Source of the DNA: Vicinamibacterales bacterium
GTDB taxonomy: Bacteria; Acidobacteriota; Vicinamibacteria; Vicinamibacterales; UBA8438
Length of the DNA stretch: 64,000 bases
NCBI GenBank assembly: GCA_965202655.1
Contig: CBDBBK010000002.1
Coordinates: 144,639 to 208,638, forward strand
Direction of reading: 5' to 3'
The translations under genes were made by a program, and so were the position numbers. Below are positions 9,468-18,735 of the stretch, piece by piece; the first letter of the stretch is position 1, and the number at the start of each line of letters is the position of its first letter. A model generated the notes under the pieces. That model was given only the letters and a program-made list of their open reading frames with translations, ran no database searches and was not told where the DNA came from.

Positions 9468-10213
9468 CGGACGGTGTTCCCGCCATCCGCCTCGAGCATG
9501 TCTCGAAGGCGTTCGGCTCTTTCCGGGTGCTCGACGACGTTTCGCTCACCATCCCGCGGGGCGAGGCGACGGTCGTGCTCGGCCGCAGCGGCACCGGCAA
9601 GAGCGTCATGCTGAAGCACGTGGTCGGCCTGCTGCAGCCCGATGCGGGTCATGTGTACGTCGGGGAGACGGACATCACGACGCTCGCGCCCGCGGATCTG
9701 GCGGTGGTTCGCCGCCAGGTCGGCTTCCTCTTCCAGAATGCCGCGCTCTTCGATTCGATCACGGTGGGCGAGAACGTCGCCTTTCCGATGCGCCGCCACG
9801 GGGACTGGCCGGAACCGACGGTGCGGGAGCGCGTCGCGCAGAAGCTGGCCGCAGTCGGCCTGGAGCATGCGGCCGACCTGATGCCGTCGGCGCTCTCCGG
9901 CGGCATGCGGAAGCGGGCCGGTCTGGCGCGCGCGATGGCCCTCGATCCGATGGTCCTGCTGGTGGACGAGCCGAGCGCCGGTCTGGATCCCATCACGTCG
10001 GACGAGATCGACATGCTGCTGGTGCGCGTGAAGGAAGAGCTGGGCACGACGCTGATCGTGGTGACCCACAACATCCCGAGCGCCCGGCGGATCGGCGACA
10101 CGCTGCTGTTCCTGCACCAGGGGCGGGTCCTGGCGCGAGGCACGGTGGCCGAAATGGACCGTAACGAGCACCCGATGGTGCGCCAGTTCATGAGTTCGGA
10201 AGCAGGCGGTTAA
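9464..10213 (+). CDS. mlaF: MlaF-family ABC ATPase
   Basis: GRSGTGKS, LSGGMRKRAGLARA, DEPSAGLDP. Confidence 0.92.
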   Translation: MTDGVPAIRLEHVSKAFGSFRVLDDVSLTIPRGEATVVLGRSGTGKSVMLKHVVGLLQPDAGHVYVGETDITTLAPADLAVVRRQVGFLFQNAALFDSITVGENVAFPMRRHGDWPEPTVRERVAQKLAAVGLEHAADLMPSALSGGMRKRAGLARAMALDPMVLLVDEPSAGLDPITSDEIDMLLVRVKEELGTTLIVVTHNIPSARRIGDTLLFLHQGRVLARGTVAEMDRNEHPMVRQFMSSEAGG

Positions 10214-10249
10214 GCGCCTGCCGGCAAAGTCGGAGGAAGGAGATCAACG

Positions 10250-11629
10250 ATGGGTTCCCCACGCCTGGCGCTGGTTGGCGCGTTCGTAGTCGGCGGACTG
10301 CTGCTGTTTGCGGTCGGTCTGTTCATGATCGGCGACCGGAGACTGCTCTTCACCGAGAGCTTCGAAGCGGTCGCCGACTTCGGCAACGTGAACGGCCTCG
10401 AGGTGGGCACGTCCGTGCGCCTTTCCGGACTGGCGGCGGGCGAAGTAACGAGTCTGACGCTGCCGGCCGCGCCCGGCGGACGCTTTCTGGTCCGGATGCG
10501 CATCCGGGAGGACCTGCGTCCGCTGGTCCGGACCGATTCGGTGGCGGCGATCCTGACCGACGGACTGCTCGGCGCGGCGTTCGTCGAGCTCCGGGAAGGG
10601 AGTTCCGACGCGCCGCCGGTGGAGGACGGCGGCGCCATACAGGGGGTCGACGCGGTGCAGGTGGCGGACCTGATCGCGGAGGGGCGCGAGACTTTCCGCG
10701 TCGTTGCCGACGAGATGGTCTCCATGCAGGGCCGCGTGCAGGAGACGTTCGACGACCTGGGCGAGACCGTCGACGCGACGACGAGCCTGATTCGCGACGT
10801 CGGCGTCGACGTCCGGGAAGTGGGCAGCGCGAGCGTGCAGCTCGTCGATTCCGCGCGCGGCGTGATGGACGAAGCGCAACGCCTGGTGGAGGGCGTGGCG
10901 GAAGGCGAGGGGACGGCCGGCCGGCTGCTGACCGACGACACGCTCTACACGCATCTGACCGGCGTCGTGCGCGAGACGGAGGCGACGATGCAGGCGGTCC
11001 GCGGCAGCGCGCAGGAGGTCCAGGCGATGGTCAACGGATGGACCGAGGATGAGAGCCCGGCCCAGCAGGTGCTGGTGGACGCGGGCGACGTCGTGACCTA
11101 CGCGCGCGACGCGATGGCGGACCTCGCCGAGAACACCGAGGCGATGAAGCGCAACTGGCTCTTCCGCGGCTTCTTCTCCGATCGCGGCTTCTACAACCTC
11201 GACGAGATGACACGCGACGAGTACCGCGAGCTCCTGGTCGACGACCGGTACACGCCGCTCCGGATATGGCTGTCGGCCGACGTGCTCTTCGACGCGGCCG
11301 GTGACGGCGAGCGCGTGCAGCTTGGGGATGGCGCCGAGCGGCGGCTGGAGGAGGCGATGGGCGAGCTGCTCGACTACCCGCGCAACGCGCCTCTGGTGGT
11401 GGAGGGGTACGCTACCGACGGCGGTCCCGGGCAGCAGTTCCGGCAGGCGCAGGAACGCGCGTCGGCCGTGCAGGCGTGGCTCTCGCGCGTGTTCCGGCGG
11501 TCCGCCGAGTTGACCGGGACCATGCCGCTGGGGCCGGACGCGCCCGAGAGCCCGTCGGGCGATGGCCGGTGGGACGGCGTCGCGCTGACGCTGTTCGCGG
11601 CGACGGAGGAACTGGAGACGGAGGAATAG
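10250..11629 (+). CDS. mlaD: MlaD/MCE protein with long helical stalk and OmpA-like C-terminal domain
   Basis: TM anchor, GLEVGTSVRLSG MCE motif, GEGTAGRLL, C-terminal VVEGYA...QERASAVQAWL. Confidence 0.8.
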   Translation: MGSPRLALVGAFVVGGLLLFAVGLFMIGDRRLLFTESFEAVADFGNVNGLEVGTSVRLSGLAAGEVTSLTLPAAPGGRFLVRMRIREDLRPLVRTDSVAAILTDGLLGAAFVELREGSSDAPPVEDGGAIQGVDAVQVADLIAEGRETFRVVADEMVSMQGRVQETFDDLGETVDATTSLIRDVGVDVREVGSASVQLVDSARGVMDEAQRLVEGVAEGEGTAGRLLTDDTLYTHLTGVVRETEATMQAVRGSAQEVQAMVNGWTEDESPAQQVLVDAGDVVTYARDAMADLAENTEAMKRNWLFRGFFSDRGFYNLDEMTRDEYRELLVDDRYTPLRIWLSADVLFDAAGDGERVQLGDGAERRLEEAMGELLDYPRNAPLVVEGYATDGGPGQQFRQAQERASAVQAWLSRVFRRSAELTGTMPLGPDAPESPSGDGRWDGVALTLFAATEELETEE

Positions 11630-11632
11630 ACG

Positions 11633-12985
11633 ATGCTGACCTTCTTGCGGGACTGGCTGATCGGCCAGGGGCTGCCCGCCGGCGCGGCGGAGCTGCTCGC
11701 CCTCGCGGCCGACATCGGCGTGATGCTGGTGCTGGCGTACGTGGCCGACGTCGTGGCGCGGCGCGTCATCGTGGTACGCGTTCGGCGCCTGGCGAGCCGC
11801 TCGATTACGCACTGGGACGATCACATCGCCCGCCACCGGGTGCTGGTCCGCCTGGCCCACGTCGCTCCCGCGGTCGTGATCTACTACCTGGCCATACCGG
11901 TGTTCGCCGACTATCCCCAGGTGCAACTGGTAGTCCGGCAACTGTCCCTGATCTACATGATCGCCATCGTCGCGCTCGCCGTCGACGGCGCGCTGAATGC
12001 CGTGACCGAGATCGTGAAGGCGATGGGGAAGGCGCGCGGCCTGCCGGTCACCGGCGTGGCCCAGGTGGCGAAGCTGCTGCTCTTCGGCGTCGCCGCCATC
12101 AGCGTCATCTCGCTCGTCCTCAACCGGTCGCCGTTGCTGATGCTCAGCGGCCTCGGGGCGGTGAGCGCAGTGCTGATGCTCGTTTTTCGCGACGCCATCC
12201 TCGGTTTCGTCGCCGGCCTTCAGATCAGCATCAACGACATGGTGCACCGCGGCGACTGGATCGAGATGCCGTCGCACGGCGTGGACGGCGACGTGATCGA
12301 GGTGGGGCTTACGACCGTCAAGGTGCAGAATTTCGACAAGACCATCGTCACGGTTCCGACCTACGCGCTCATCAGCGAGTCGTTCAAGAACTGGCGCGGC
12401 ATGTCGGAGTCGGGCGGGCGCCGCATCAAGCGGGCGATCAACATCGACATGAATTCGGTGCGGTTCTGCACCGAGGAGATGCTGGCCCGGTACATGCGGA
12501 TCCGCTACATCGAGGAGTACGTCGAGCGGAAGCGCGCCGAGGTGGAAAACTGGAACACCGAGCACGGGATCGACCGCGAGGACTACGCGAACGGTCGCCG
12601 TCTCACCAATCTCGGGACCTTCCGCGCCTACATCGTCGCTTACCTGCACCACCACCCGATGGTGCACGACGACATGACGTTTCTCATCCGCCACCTCGAT
12701 CCGACCGAGCACGGATTGCCAATCGAGATCTTCGTCTTCAGCCGCGATCAGAACTGGGTGCGGTACGAGGCGATCCAGGCGGACATCCTCGACCACCTGC
12801 TGGCGATCGCCCCGCAGTTCGACCTGCGGGTGTTCCAGAGCCCGTCCGGCGCGGCGGTCGAACGGGCCCTCGCCACGATGGCGCGACCGACTGGCGCTCC
12901 GGCGCTGCCCGATCAGCCGGAGGCGGCCGCAGACGCAGCCGCAAACAAGGCGGCGGTTTCCGCCGCCGTGCGTTCAGGCGAGTAG
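11633..12985 (+). CDS. MscS-family mechanosensitive channel (YbdG-like)
   Basis: LVFRDAILGFVAGLQ, GDWIEMP, FKNWRGMSESGGRRIKR. Confidence 0.9.
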   Translation: MLTFLRDWLIGQGLPAGAAELLALAADIGVMLVLAYVADVVARRVIVVRVRRLASRSITHWDDHIARHRVLVRLAHVAPAVVIYYLAIPVFADYPQVQLVVRQLSLIYMIAIVALAVDGALNAVTEIVKAMGKARGLPVTGVAQVAKLLLFGVAAISVISLVLNRSPLLMLSGLGAVSAVLMLVFRDAILGFVAGLQISINDMVHRGDWIEMPSHGVDGDVIEVGLTTVKVQNFDKTIVTVPTYALISESFKNWRGMSESGGRRIKRAINIDMNSVRFCTEEMLARYMRIRYIEEYVERKRAEVENWNTEHGIDREDYANGRRLTNLGTFRAYIVAYLHHHPMVHDDMTFLIRHLDPTEHGLPIEIFVFSRDQNWVRYEAIQADILDHLLAIAPQFDLRVFQSPSGAAVERALATMARPTGAPALPDQPEAAADAAANKAAVSAAVRSGE

Positions 12986-15253
12986 CCGCCAGACCTGCGT
13001 GAGCAGGAAGCAGACGGTCACGCCCATCACGAGCGGAAGGAGGGCGGCGACCGTCGTCCAGCGGGCGCTCCGCGTCTCCTTCCAGATCGTGTAGATCGTC
13101 GTGGAGCACGGGTTGTGGAGCAGGCTGAACAGCATCAGGTTGACGGCGGTCAGCAGCGTCCAGCCTCCCGCGCGCAGCAGGGAGCCGGTGGCGTCCGCGC
13201 TGTCGAGCTCGAACATCACCCCGGCGCCCGCCCCGGCGTCGCCCGTGATGCCTGACGCGGTCAGCACCGTCAGCATCAGCACGGTCGGAATCACGATCTC
13301 GTTCGCCGGAATCGCGACGACGTAGGCGAGCAGGATGACGCCGTTCAGGCCGATCAGCAGGCCGACGGGGTCGAGCCATGCCACCGAGTGCTCGGCGAGG
13401 CTGGCCCCGCCGAGGGTGATGTTCGAGATCAGCCAGATGGCGGCGCCCGCCGGCACCGCGAAGATGACGGCGCGCCACAGGACGATCAGGGTCCGGTCGA
13501 TCACCGACGTGTAGAGCGTCTGCAGAATGCGCGGCGGCCGGTAGGGCGGCAGCTCCAGGCTGAAGCTGGTCGCCTCGCCGCGCAGCACGGTGCGCGAGAG
13601 CGCCCAGGACGCGACGAACATCATCGCGATGCCGAGCAGGGCGATTCCCACCACCGCGCTGGCCGAGACCAGGCCGGCGAGATGCGCCGGCGCGAGCGCG
13701 CCGATGAAGATCGACGCGATCAGGATCTGGGTCGGCCAGCGTCCGTTGCACAGCGAGAAGTTGTTGGTGATGATGGCGATCAGCCGCTCGCGCGGCGAGT
13801 CGATGACCCGCGTCGACACGACGCCGGCCGCGTTGCAGCCGAATCCCATGCACATCGTGAGCGCCTGCTTGCCGTGCGCGCCGGCGTGGCGGAAGAGCGA
13901 GTCGAGGTTGAACGCCACCCGCGGCAGGTAGCCGAAGTCCTCCAGCAGCGTGAAGATCGGAAAGAAGATCGCCATCGGGGGCAGCATTACCGCCACCACC
14001 CAGGCGGTCGCGAGATAGACGCCGTCGAAGAGAAAGCCGCTCAGCCACCACGGGAAGCCCAGGGCGGCGCCGAAGTCCTTCAGCACCGGGTGCGTCGTGT
14101 CGATCAGGAGCGTCGCGAGCATGCTGGACGGCACGTTCGCGCCTTCGATCGTGATCCAGAAGACCGCAGCCAGAATCGCGAGCATCACCGGGAAGCCGAG
14201 CCAGCGGCTGGTGAGCAGCCGGTCGAGCCCCTGGTCGAGGTCGAAGCCGGTCCTGCGCAGCCCCCGGAGCTGCGCCCGTTCGGCGATCCGTTGCGCCGCG
14301 CCGTAGATCTCGGCCGTCAGCTTGTCGTGGAAGTCCGGTGGAAGATCCCACCGCAGGCGCTCCGCCGCCGCGAGTACGCGCTCCGGCTGCGCGGGTGCGT
14401 CGGCGCCGGCGGGGGCGGACGTTTCCGGCCGGGGGTCCCGGCGCCTGGCCGGCGAGTCGTCGGTCCGGCCGGGCGTCTGTGGGTCGGCGACCTGTCCCAG
14501 CTCTCCCGATCGGACGGCCTCGACCACCGCGCCGTCCGCGTTCAGCAGGCGCTGCGCCACCCAGCGGCTGCTCCGGACGTCCGGGAAGGCCTGCTCGACG
14601 ACACCGGCCAGCTCCGCCACCGCCCGCTCCACCTCCGGGGCCTGCTGCGCGATGCGAAACGGCGCCGTCTTCCGCCGCGCCGTGGCGACCGAATACGCGG
14701 CGTCGATCAGTTCGTCGATGCCGATCTTCGACCGTGCGGCGCCCGCCACCACGGGCACGCCCAGCTCGTGTTCGAGTTGCGCCGCATCGACTGCGATGCC
14801 GTGCCGTTTTGCCTCGTCGATCAGGTTGAGGAAGACCACCACCTGCCCCGTGATGTCGAGAATCTGCAGGGCCAGGTTCAGATTGCGTTCGAGGCGCGTG
14901 GCGTCCACGACGACGACGGTGACGTCGGGCCGGCCGAAGAGGATGAAGTCACGGGCCACTTCCTCGTCGACGCTTCCCGCCTGCAACGAGTAAGTTCCCG
15001 GCAGGTCGACGATCTTCACGCGCGATCCGCGGTGCGCGAAGACGCCTTCGGCGCGCGCGATCGTCTTTCCCGGCCAGTTGCCGGTGTGCTGGCGCAGACC
15101 GGTCAGCGCGTTGAAAACGGTGCTCTTGCCGACGTTCGGGTTACCGGCGAGGGCGATCAGCAGGTCCCATCGGTCGGGGCTTAGGCCGAGGCGAAGCAGA
15201 TGTTCCTCGCGGCGGCCGGCGCCGCCGTGGCACGACGGGGCAGGTAGCGGCAT
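12974..15253 (-). CDS. feoB: Ferrous iron transporter FeoB
   Basis: GNPNVGKS, DLPGTYS, gate motifs, ELPPY; TAATG coupling to the upstream gene. Confidence 0.93.
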   Translation of the reverse strand: MPLPAPSCHGGAGRREEHLLRLGLSPDRWDLLIALAGNPNVGKSTVFNALTGLRQHTGNWPGKTIARAEGVFAHRGSRVKIVDLPGTYSLQAGSVDEEVARDFILFGRPDVTVVVVDATRLERNLNLALQILDITGQVVVFLNLIDEAKRHGIAVDAAQLEHELGVPVVAGAARSKIGIDELIDAAYSVATARRKTAPFRIAQQAPEVERAVAELAGVVEQAFPDVRSSRWVAQRLLNADGAVVEAVRSGELGQVADPQTPGRTDDSPARRRDPRPETSAPAGADAPAQPERVLAAAERLRWDLPPDFHDKLTAEIYGAAQRIAERAQLRGLRRTGFDLDQGLDRLLTSRWLGFPVMLAILAAVFWITIEGANVPSSMLATLLIDTTHPVLKDFGAALGFPWWLSGFLFDGVYLATAWVVAVMLPPMAIFFPIFTLLEDFGYLPRVAFNLDSLFRHAGAHGKQALTMCMGFGCNAAGVVSTRVIDSPRERLIAIITNNFSLCNGRWPTQILIASIFIGALAPAHLAGLVSASAVVGIALLGIAMMFVASWALSRTVLRGEATSFSLELPPYRPPRILQTLYTSVIDRTLIVLWRAVIFAVPAGAAIWLISNITLGGASLAEHSVAWLDPVGLLIGLNGVILLAYVVAIPANEIVIPTVLMLTVLTASGITGDAGAGAGVMFELDSADATGSLLRAGGWTLLTAVNLMLFSLLHNPCSTTIYTIWKETRSARWTTVAALLPLVMGVTVCFLLTQVWRLLA

Positions 15254-16335
15254 TACGTCGTCCCGCCCGTCGCCAGGGCGCCGTTGCCGGTCCGGATGCC
15301 GGCGGTTCCGGCGGGGGCGTAGTGGGAAGCGACATGTATCCACCCCGCCTGCGAGCCGCGCAGGGCGATCAGGGCGCCGCGGATGCGGTAGGCAACCGGA
15401 TCCCCGCCGGCGCTGGTCAGCTCGCGGGTGATGGGGGTGCCGGGAACCACTCCCAGATCGAGCAGGCGCCGCCGCTGCGCCCCCTGGCAGGCCCGCGAGA
15501 TGTCCAGGACGTTCACCGTCTCGCCCGGCTGCGTGTCGGCCAGCGTGCGGCTCGGCGCATCGCCGTGCTCGCCCGCCGGAAGCAGCCGCACGGTGACGTT
15601 GCCCGCGGCGATCGGATCGACGTCCCAGGTGCGGCCGCTCGCATGCACCTGCACGGCGCCGTCGGAACGCCCCACGACGTCGAGCCGGCCGCCCAGGACG
15701 AAGCCATCGGCGATTAGCGTGTCGTACAGCTCCGGCGGCTCGTCCTCGAGGTGCACGACTTCGACTGCCCTGCCCGGCTCGACCGCGGTCAGGCTGACGC
15801 CCCGGTTGGGCGGCATGTCGCCAGCGGACGTGGGAATCGGGTCGCCATGCGGATCCCAGCGGGGATAACCCAGGCGCTCGTCGAGCGCGTCCACCTGCGC
15901 GGACGACAGGTCGTGCTCCACGCGTTCCGCCTCGTCATGCCATTCGCGCGGGGGCACGCCGGTGCGGTCGGCCAGGTAGCGCTCCCACATCCGGTGCGTC
16001 CGGACGAGGCGGAGGGCCGACCGCCGTCCCTCGCCGGTCAGTTCGAAACCGGCCGCTCCCGACTGCGCCAGACCCAGCTCGGTCAATCGCGACAGCAGCG
16101 ACGCCGCGCGCGCCCGGGTGACGTTCAGTTGGCCGGCCAGTCCTTCGAGCGTGCCGGGACGGGCGGCGTGTTCACACGTGTGCAGATGCTTGACCGCGTC
16201 TTCGAGCAGGACCCGTTCACTCAGCCGGATCAGTTGGCGCAGCCGCGCGATGGCGCCGACGCGCGGCCAGAACAGCAGCCCGCCGCCGGTGGCGACGAGG
16301 CCGAAAACGAGCAGGGCGAGGACCGGATCGACCAT
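15253..16335 (-). CDS. DtxR/MntR-family regulator with N-terminal TM helix and two FeoA domains
   Basis: EDAVK, RTHRMWERYL, EAERVEH, DPHGDPIP; RRLLDLGVVPG...GDPVAYRIRG FeoA. Confidence 0.88.
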   Translation of the reverse strand: MVDPVLALLVFGLVATGGGLLFWPRVGAIARLRQLIRLSERVLLEDAVKHLHTCEHAARPGTLEGLAGQLNVTRARAASLLSRLTELGLAQSGAAGFELTGEGRRSALRLVRTHRMWERYLADRTGVPPREWHDEAERVEHDLSSAQVDALDERLGYPRWDPHGDPIPTSAGDMPPNRGVSLTAVEPGRAVEVVHLEDEPPELYDTLIADGFVLGGRLDVVGRSDGAVQVHASGRTWDVDPIAAGNVTVRLLPAGEHGDAPSRTLADTQPGETVNVLDISRACQGAQRRRLLDLGVVPGTPITRELTSAGGDPVAYRIRGALIALRGSQAGWIHVASHYAPAGTAGIRTGNGALATGGTT

Positions 16336-16341
16336 GGACGC

Positions 16342-16363
16342 TATTTTTGGTTGCTCAAAAATA
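16342..16363. promoter_or_regulatory. Putative DtxR/MntR-type operator
   Basis: TATTTTTG-N6-CAAAAATA palindrome just upstream of the dtxR start, overlapping a TTGCTT-17-TAATAT promoter. Confidence 0.65.
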
Positions 16364-16461
16364 TTATCTCTATGGGTCAAAGAAAGCAAAGGGCAACATT
16401 CAGGGGGGCTTCCGGTCTGGAGGCCGGCGTGCCGGCCGCCGCACCGCAGGGAGCGCGGGCG

Positions 16462-17331
16462 CTAACGGACGGTTACGTCGATGTAGGCGGTGGTCCAGCA
16501 GCACTGATCGCCGCCGCCACCGTTGCCGGAGATGTCGTTGGCCGTCGCCATCAGGCGGTACTCGCCCGGCTCGCTGAAGGTGACCCAGGTGGTGGTGTCG
16601 CCTCCCGCCACGTCGCTGAACTCGTGGCGGCCGTTCTCCGGTTCCTCTTCCGCACCGGTGTCGAAGGTCACGTCGGCCGGACCGCGGTAGAGCCTCCAGG
16701 TGAGAATCAGCTCGGGACGCGGTCTCCGGTTGGCCCGCGGCGGCGGCGGATTGGTCAGCGGAACGTCGCGCACGGTTGCCGCCAGCTCCAGCGGCTCGCC
16801 GACCGCCGCCTCCAGCGTCGCGCTGATCCCGGTCACCGGAGGTCCCTGCACTTCGGCGCCGCCGCCGGCGCGCAGCCGGGGCGGCATATTGCCGTTCGCG
16901 CGGTTCAGGAACGGATCGAGGTAGTAGGACGGGTTCAGCCAGAACGAGACTTCCGACTGCTGGTTGTTGACCGAGACGGTCCACGTGAACCGCTGATCAC
17001 CGAAGTCCTCCGGGGCCGTGATCGTGAACACGCCCCAGCCGCGACCCGGAAGGAAGTGGCTGGGCTGGCCCTGGTCGGGGCCGCCGGGCTCGATGCGGTT
17101 CTCGGCGCCGATGGGAACGTCGACGGGGTGGTCGTTCCGGTTGTAGTAGCCGAGCAGGATGGTGAAAGTGCCGTCGTCGTTCGGGTACCAGCCCTCAAAC
17201 GCCGGGAAGATGGCTTCCCCCATGGCGCCCGCGGGTTCGAGAGGCAGTGGAGCGCGCGGCGGCTGCGCCGCGGCCCCGCCCGCCATCACGAGCAGGGCCG
17301 CGAGAACCAACAGCGTGATTGAAGACCGCAT
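16462..17331 (-). CDS. Exported hypothetical protein (Ig/PKD-like C-terminus)
   Basis: Signal peptide; EGWYPNDDGTFTILLGYYNRN; FSEPGEYRL; QCCWT. Confidence 0.75.
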   Translation of the reverse strand: MRSSITLLVLAALLVMAGGAAAQPPRAPLPLEPAGAMGEAIFPAFEGWYPNDDGTFTILLGYYNRNDHPVDVPIGAENRIEPGGPDQGQPSHFLPGRGWGVFTITAPEDFGDQRFTWTVSVNNQQSEVSFWLNPSYYLDPFLNRANGNMPPRLRAGGGAEVQGPPVTGISATLEAAVGEPLELAATVRDVPLTNPPPPRANRRPRPELILTWRLYRGPADVTFDTGAEEEPENGRHEFSDVAGGDTTTWVTFSEPGEYRLMATANDISGNGGGGDQCCWTTAYIDVTVR

Positions 17332-17353
17332 CGGTCCCTGTCGCGCCAGGCGA

Positions 17354-18679
17354 TCAGTTGTCGTTCGTTTCGCGCGCCGCCACCTCCGCCTCGTACTCCT
17401 CGTCGGTGAAGTAGGTGACGTTGACCCAGGCGTGCGCCATCTCGTCGACCGTGCGGTCGCCGTAGCCGACCCAGACGTTCGGATCGGGGTTGGCGCGGTT
17501 GGCGGCGGTGTTGTCGTGCCACGCGGTGATCTTCAGCAGCGTGCCCTTCGGCAGCAGCGGGGCGGCGCCGTCCGCGTAGACGTAGGTGTTGTGCCAGTTG
17601 AAGTTGAAGTCGCCCACGTGGCTCAGCACTTCACGCCGGCCGTTCGGCAGGATGGCCTCCATCGCCATCGCCTTGCCGCGCAGGTGCATGTGGGGCTGGA
17701 AGCTCTCCACGCGCCCCGCCCGCCGCATCGGGAAGAAGCCCTCGGTCACTGACACCGTGTTCGGCGGAATGTCGACGCGGCCGGCGCCCATCAGGTGGAG
17801 CACCTGCCGGTGCTGCGGCTCTTCGCCCTTCGGGTAGAAGTAGATCCCCAGTTCCACGTGGTCGGTGATCTCCTCGCCCGCGGCGGAGTAGTGCACGTCC
17901 CAGATGATCCGCGACCCCGGCAGCATCAGCTTGCCGCTTCCCGGGCGCATCAGCTCGCCCTGCTTGCCGACCGCCCACTCCATGAACAGGCCCGAGTTGG
18001 CGAGGGGATCGTCGTCGTCCGTCGCCGCTGGGTTCTGCAGCAGCGGGTCGGTTTCGTCCTGCTCGAGACGCGCGATCGCGTGATGCGTGATCCGGCGGCC
18101 GGCCGTCGTCCCGGGGCGCAGCTCGATGGCGCGCACCCAGCGCGGCTCGGTCAGGCCGGTTTCGGCCACGGGCTTCCACCAGGCGTCGGGCGCTTCGGCC
18201 CCCATGGTGAACGGCTCGGACTTGACCACCAGGTCGGGCGGACCGCCGAATCGCTCGGCGTAGTACCACTTGGACGCGTCGGGCCACTCCACGGCGGCCG
18301 GCATGTCCTCGGGGTTGCCGCGCGGCGCGCCGCCGTCGACCCAGCGGACGATGGTGTCGAGCTCCTCGTCGGTCAGCGACCGGTCGTTCCGGAAGTCATC
18401 GATGCCGACGGTCCGGTCGATGTGCCAGGGTGGCATCTGCCGCGTCGACACGCGGTCCCGGATGGAGCGGGCCCACGGGCGCGACTCCTCGTAGGTGACC
18501 AGCGACATCGGCGCGATGGAATTGGGTCGATGGCACGCTTCGCACTTCGCCTGGAAGATCGGCGCCACGTCCTTCGTGAAGGTGGGCACGCCGTCATCGG
18601 CGGCGAGTGCGGTCGCGGGCGTCCATGCGAGAGTGGCGATGACGGCCACCGCAAGAGCGGGGAGCGTACGGTTCAGCAT
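17354..18679 (-). CDS. c-type cytochrome fused to a copper type II monooxygenase-like domain
   Basis: Signal peptide, CEACH, MPPW, HHA, PHMHLRG, DEM motifs. Confidence 0.8.
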   Translation of the reverse strand: MLNRTLPALAVAVIATLAWTPATALAADDGVPTFTKDVAPIFQAKCEACHRPNSIAPMSLVTYEESRPWARSIRDRVSTRQMPPWHIDRTVGIDDFRNDRSLTDEELDTIVRWVDGGAPRGNPEDMPAAVEWPDASKWYYAERFGGPPDLVVKSEPFTMGAEAPDAWWKPVAETGLTEPRWVRAIELRPGTTAGRRITHHAIARLEQDETDPLLQNPAATDDDDPLANSGLFMEWAVGKQGELMRPGSGKLMLPGSRIIWDVHYSAAGEEITDHVELGIYFYPKGEEPQHRQVLHLMGAGRVDIPPNTVSVTEGFFPMRRAGRVESFQPHMHLRGKAMAMEAILPNGRREVLSHVGDFNFNWHNTYVYADGAAPLLPKGTLLKITAWHDNTAANRANPDPNVWVGYGDRTVDEMAHAWVNVTYFTDEEYEAEVAARETNDN

Positions 18680-18712
18680 GGGTGTTTCCTCTCGAAACTC
18701 ACGGGACAAGCG

Positions 18713-18726
18713 GCAATTATAATTGC
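18713..18726. promoter_or_regulatory. Palindromic bidirectional -10 element
   Basis: GCAATTATAATTGC contains TATAAT on both strands, between divergent genes. Confidence 0.6.
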
Positions 18727-18735
18727 AGACGCCCG

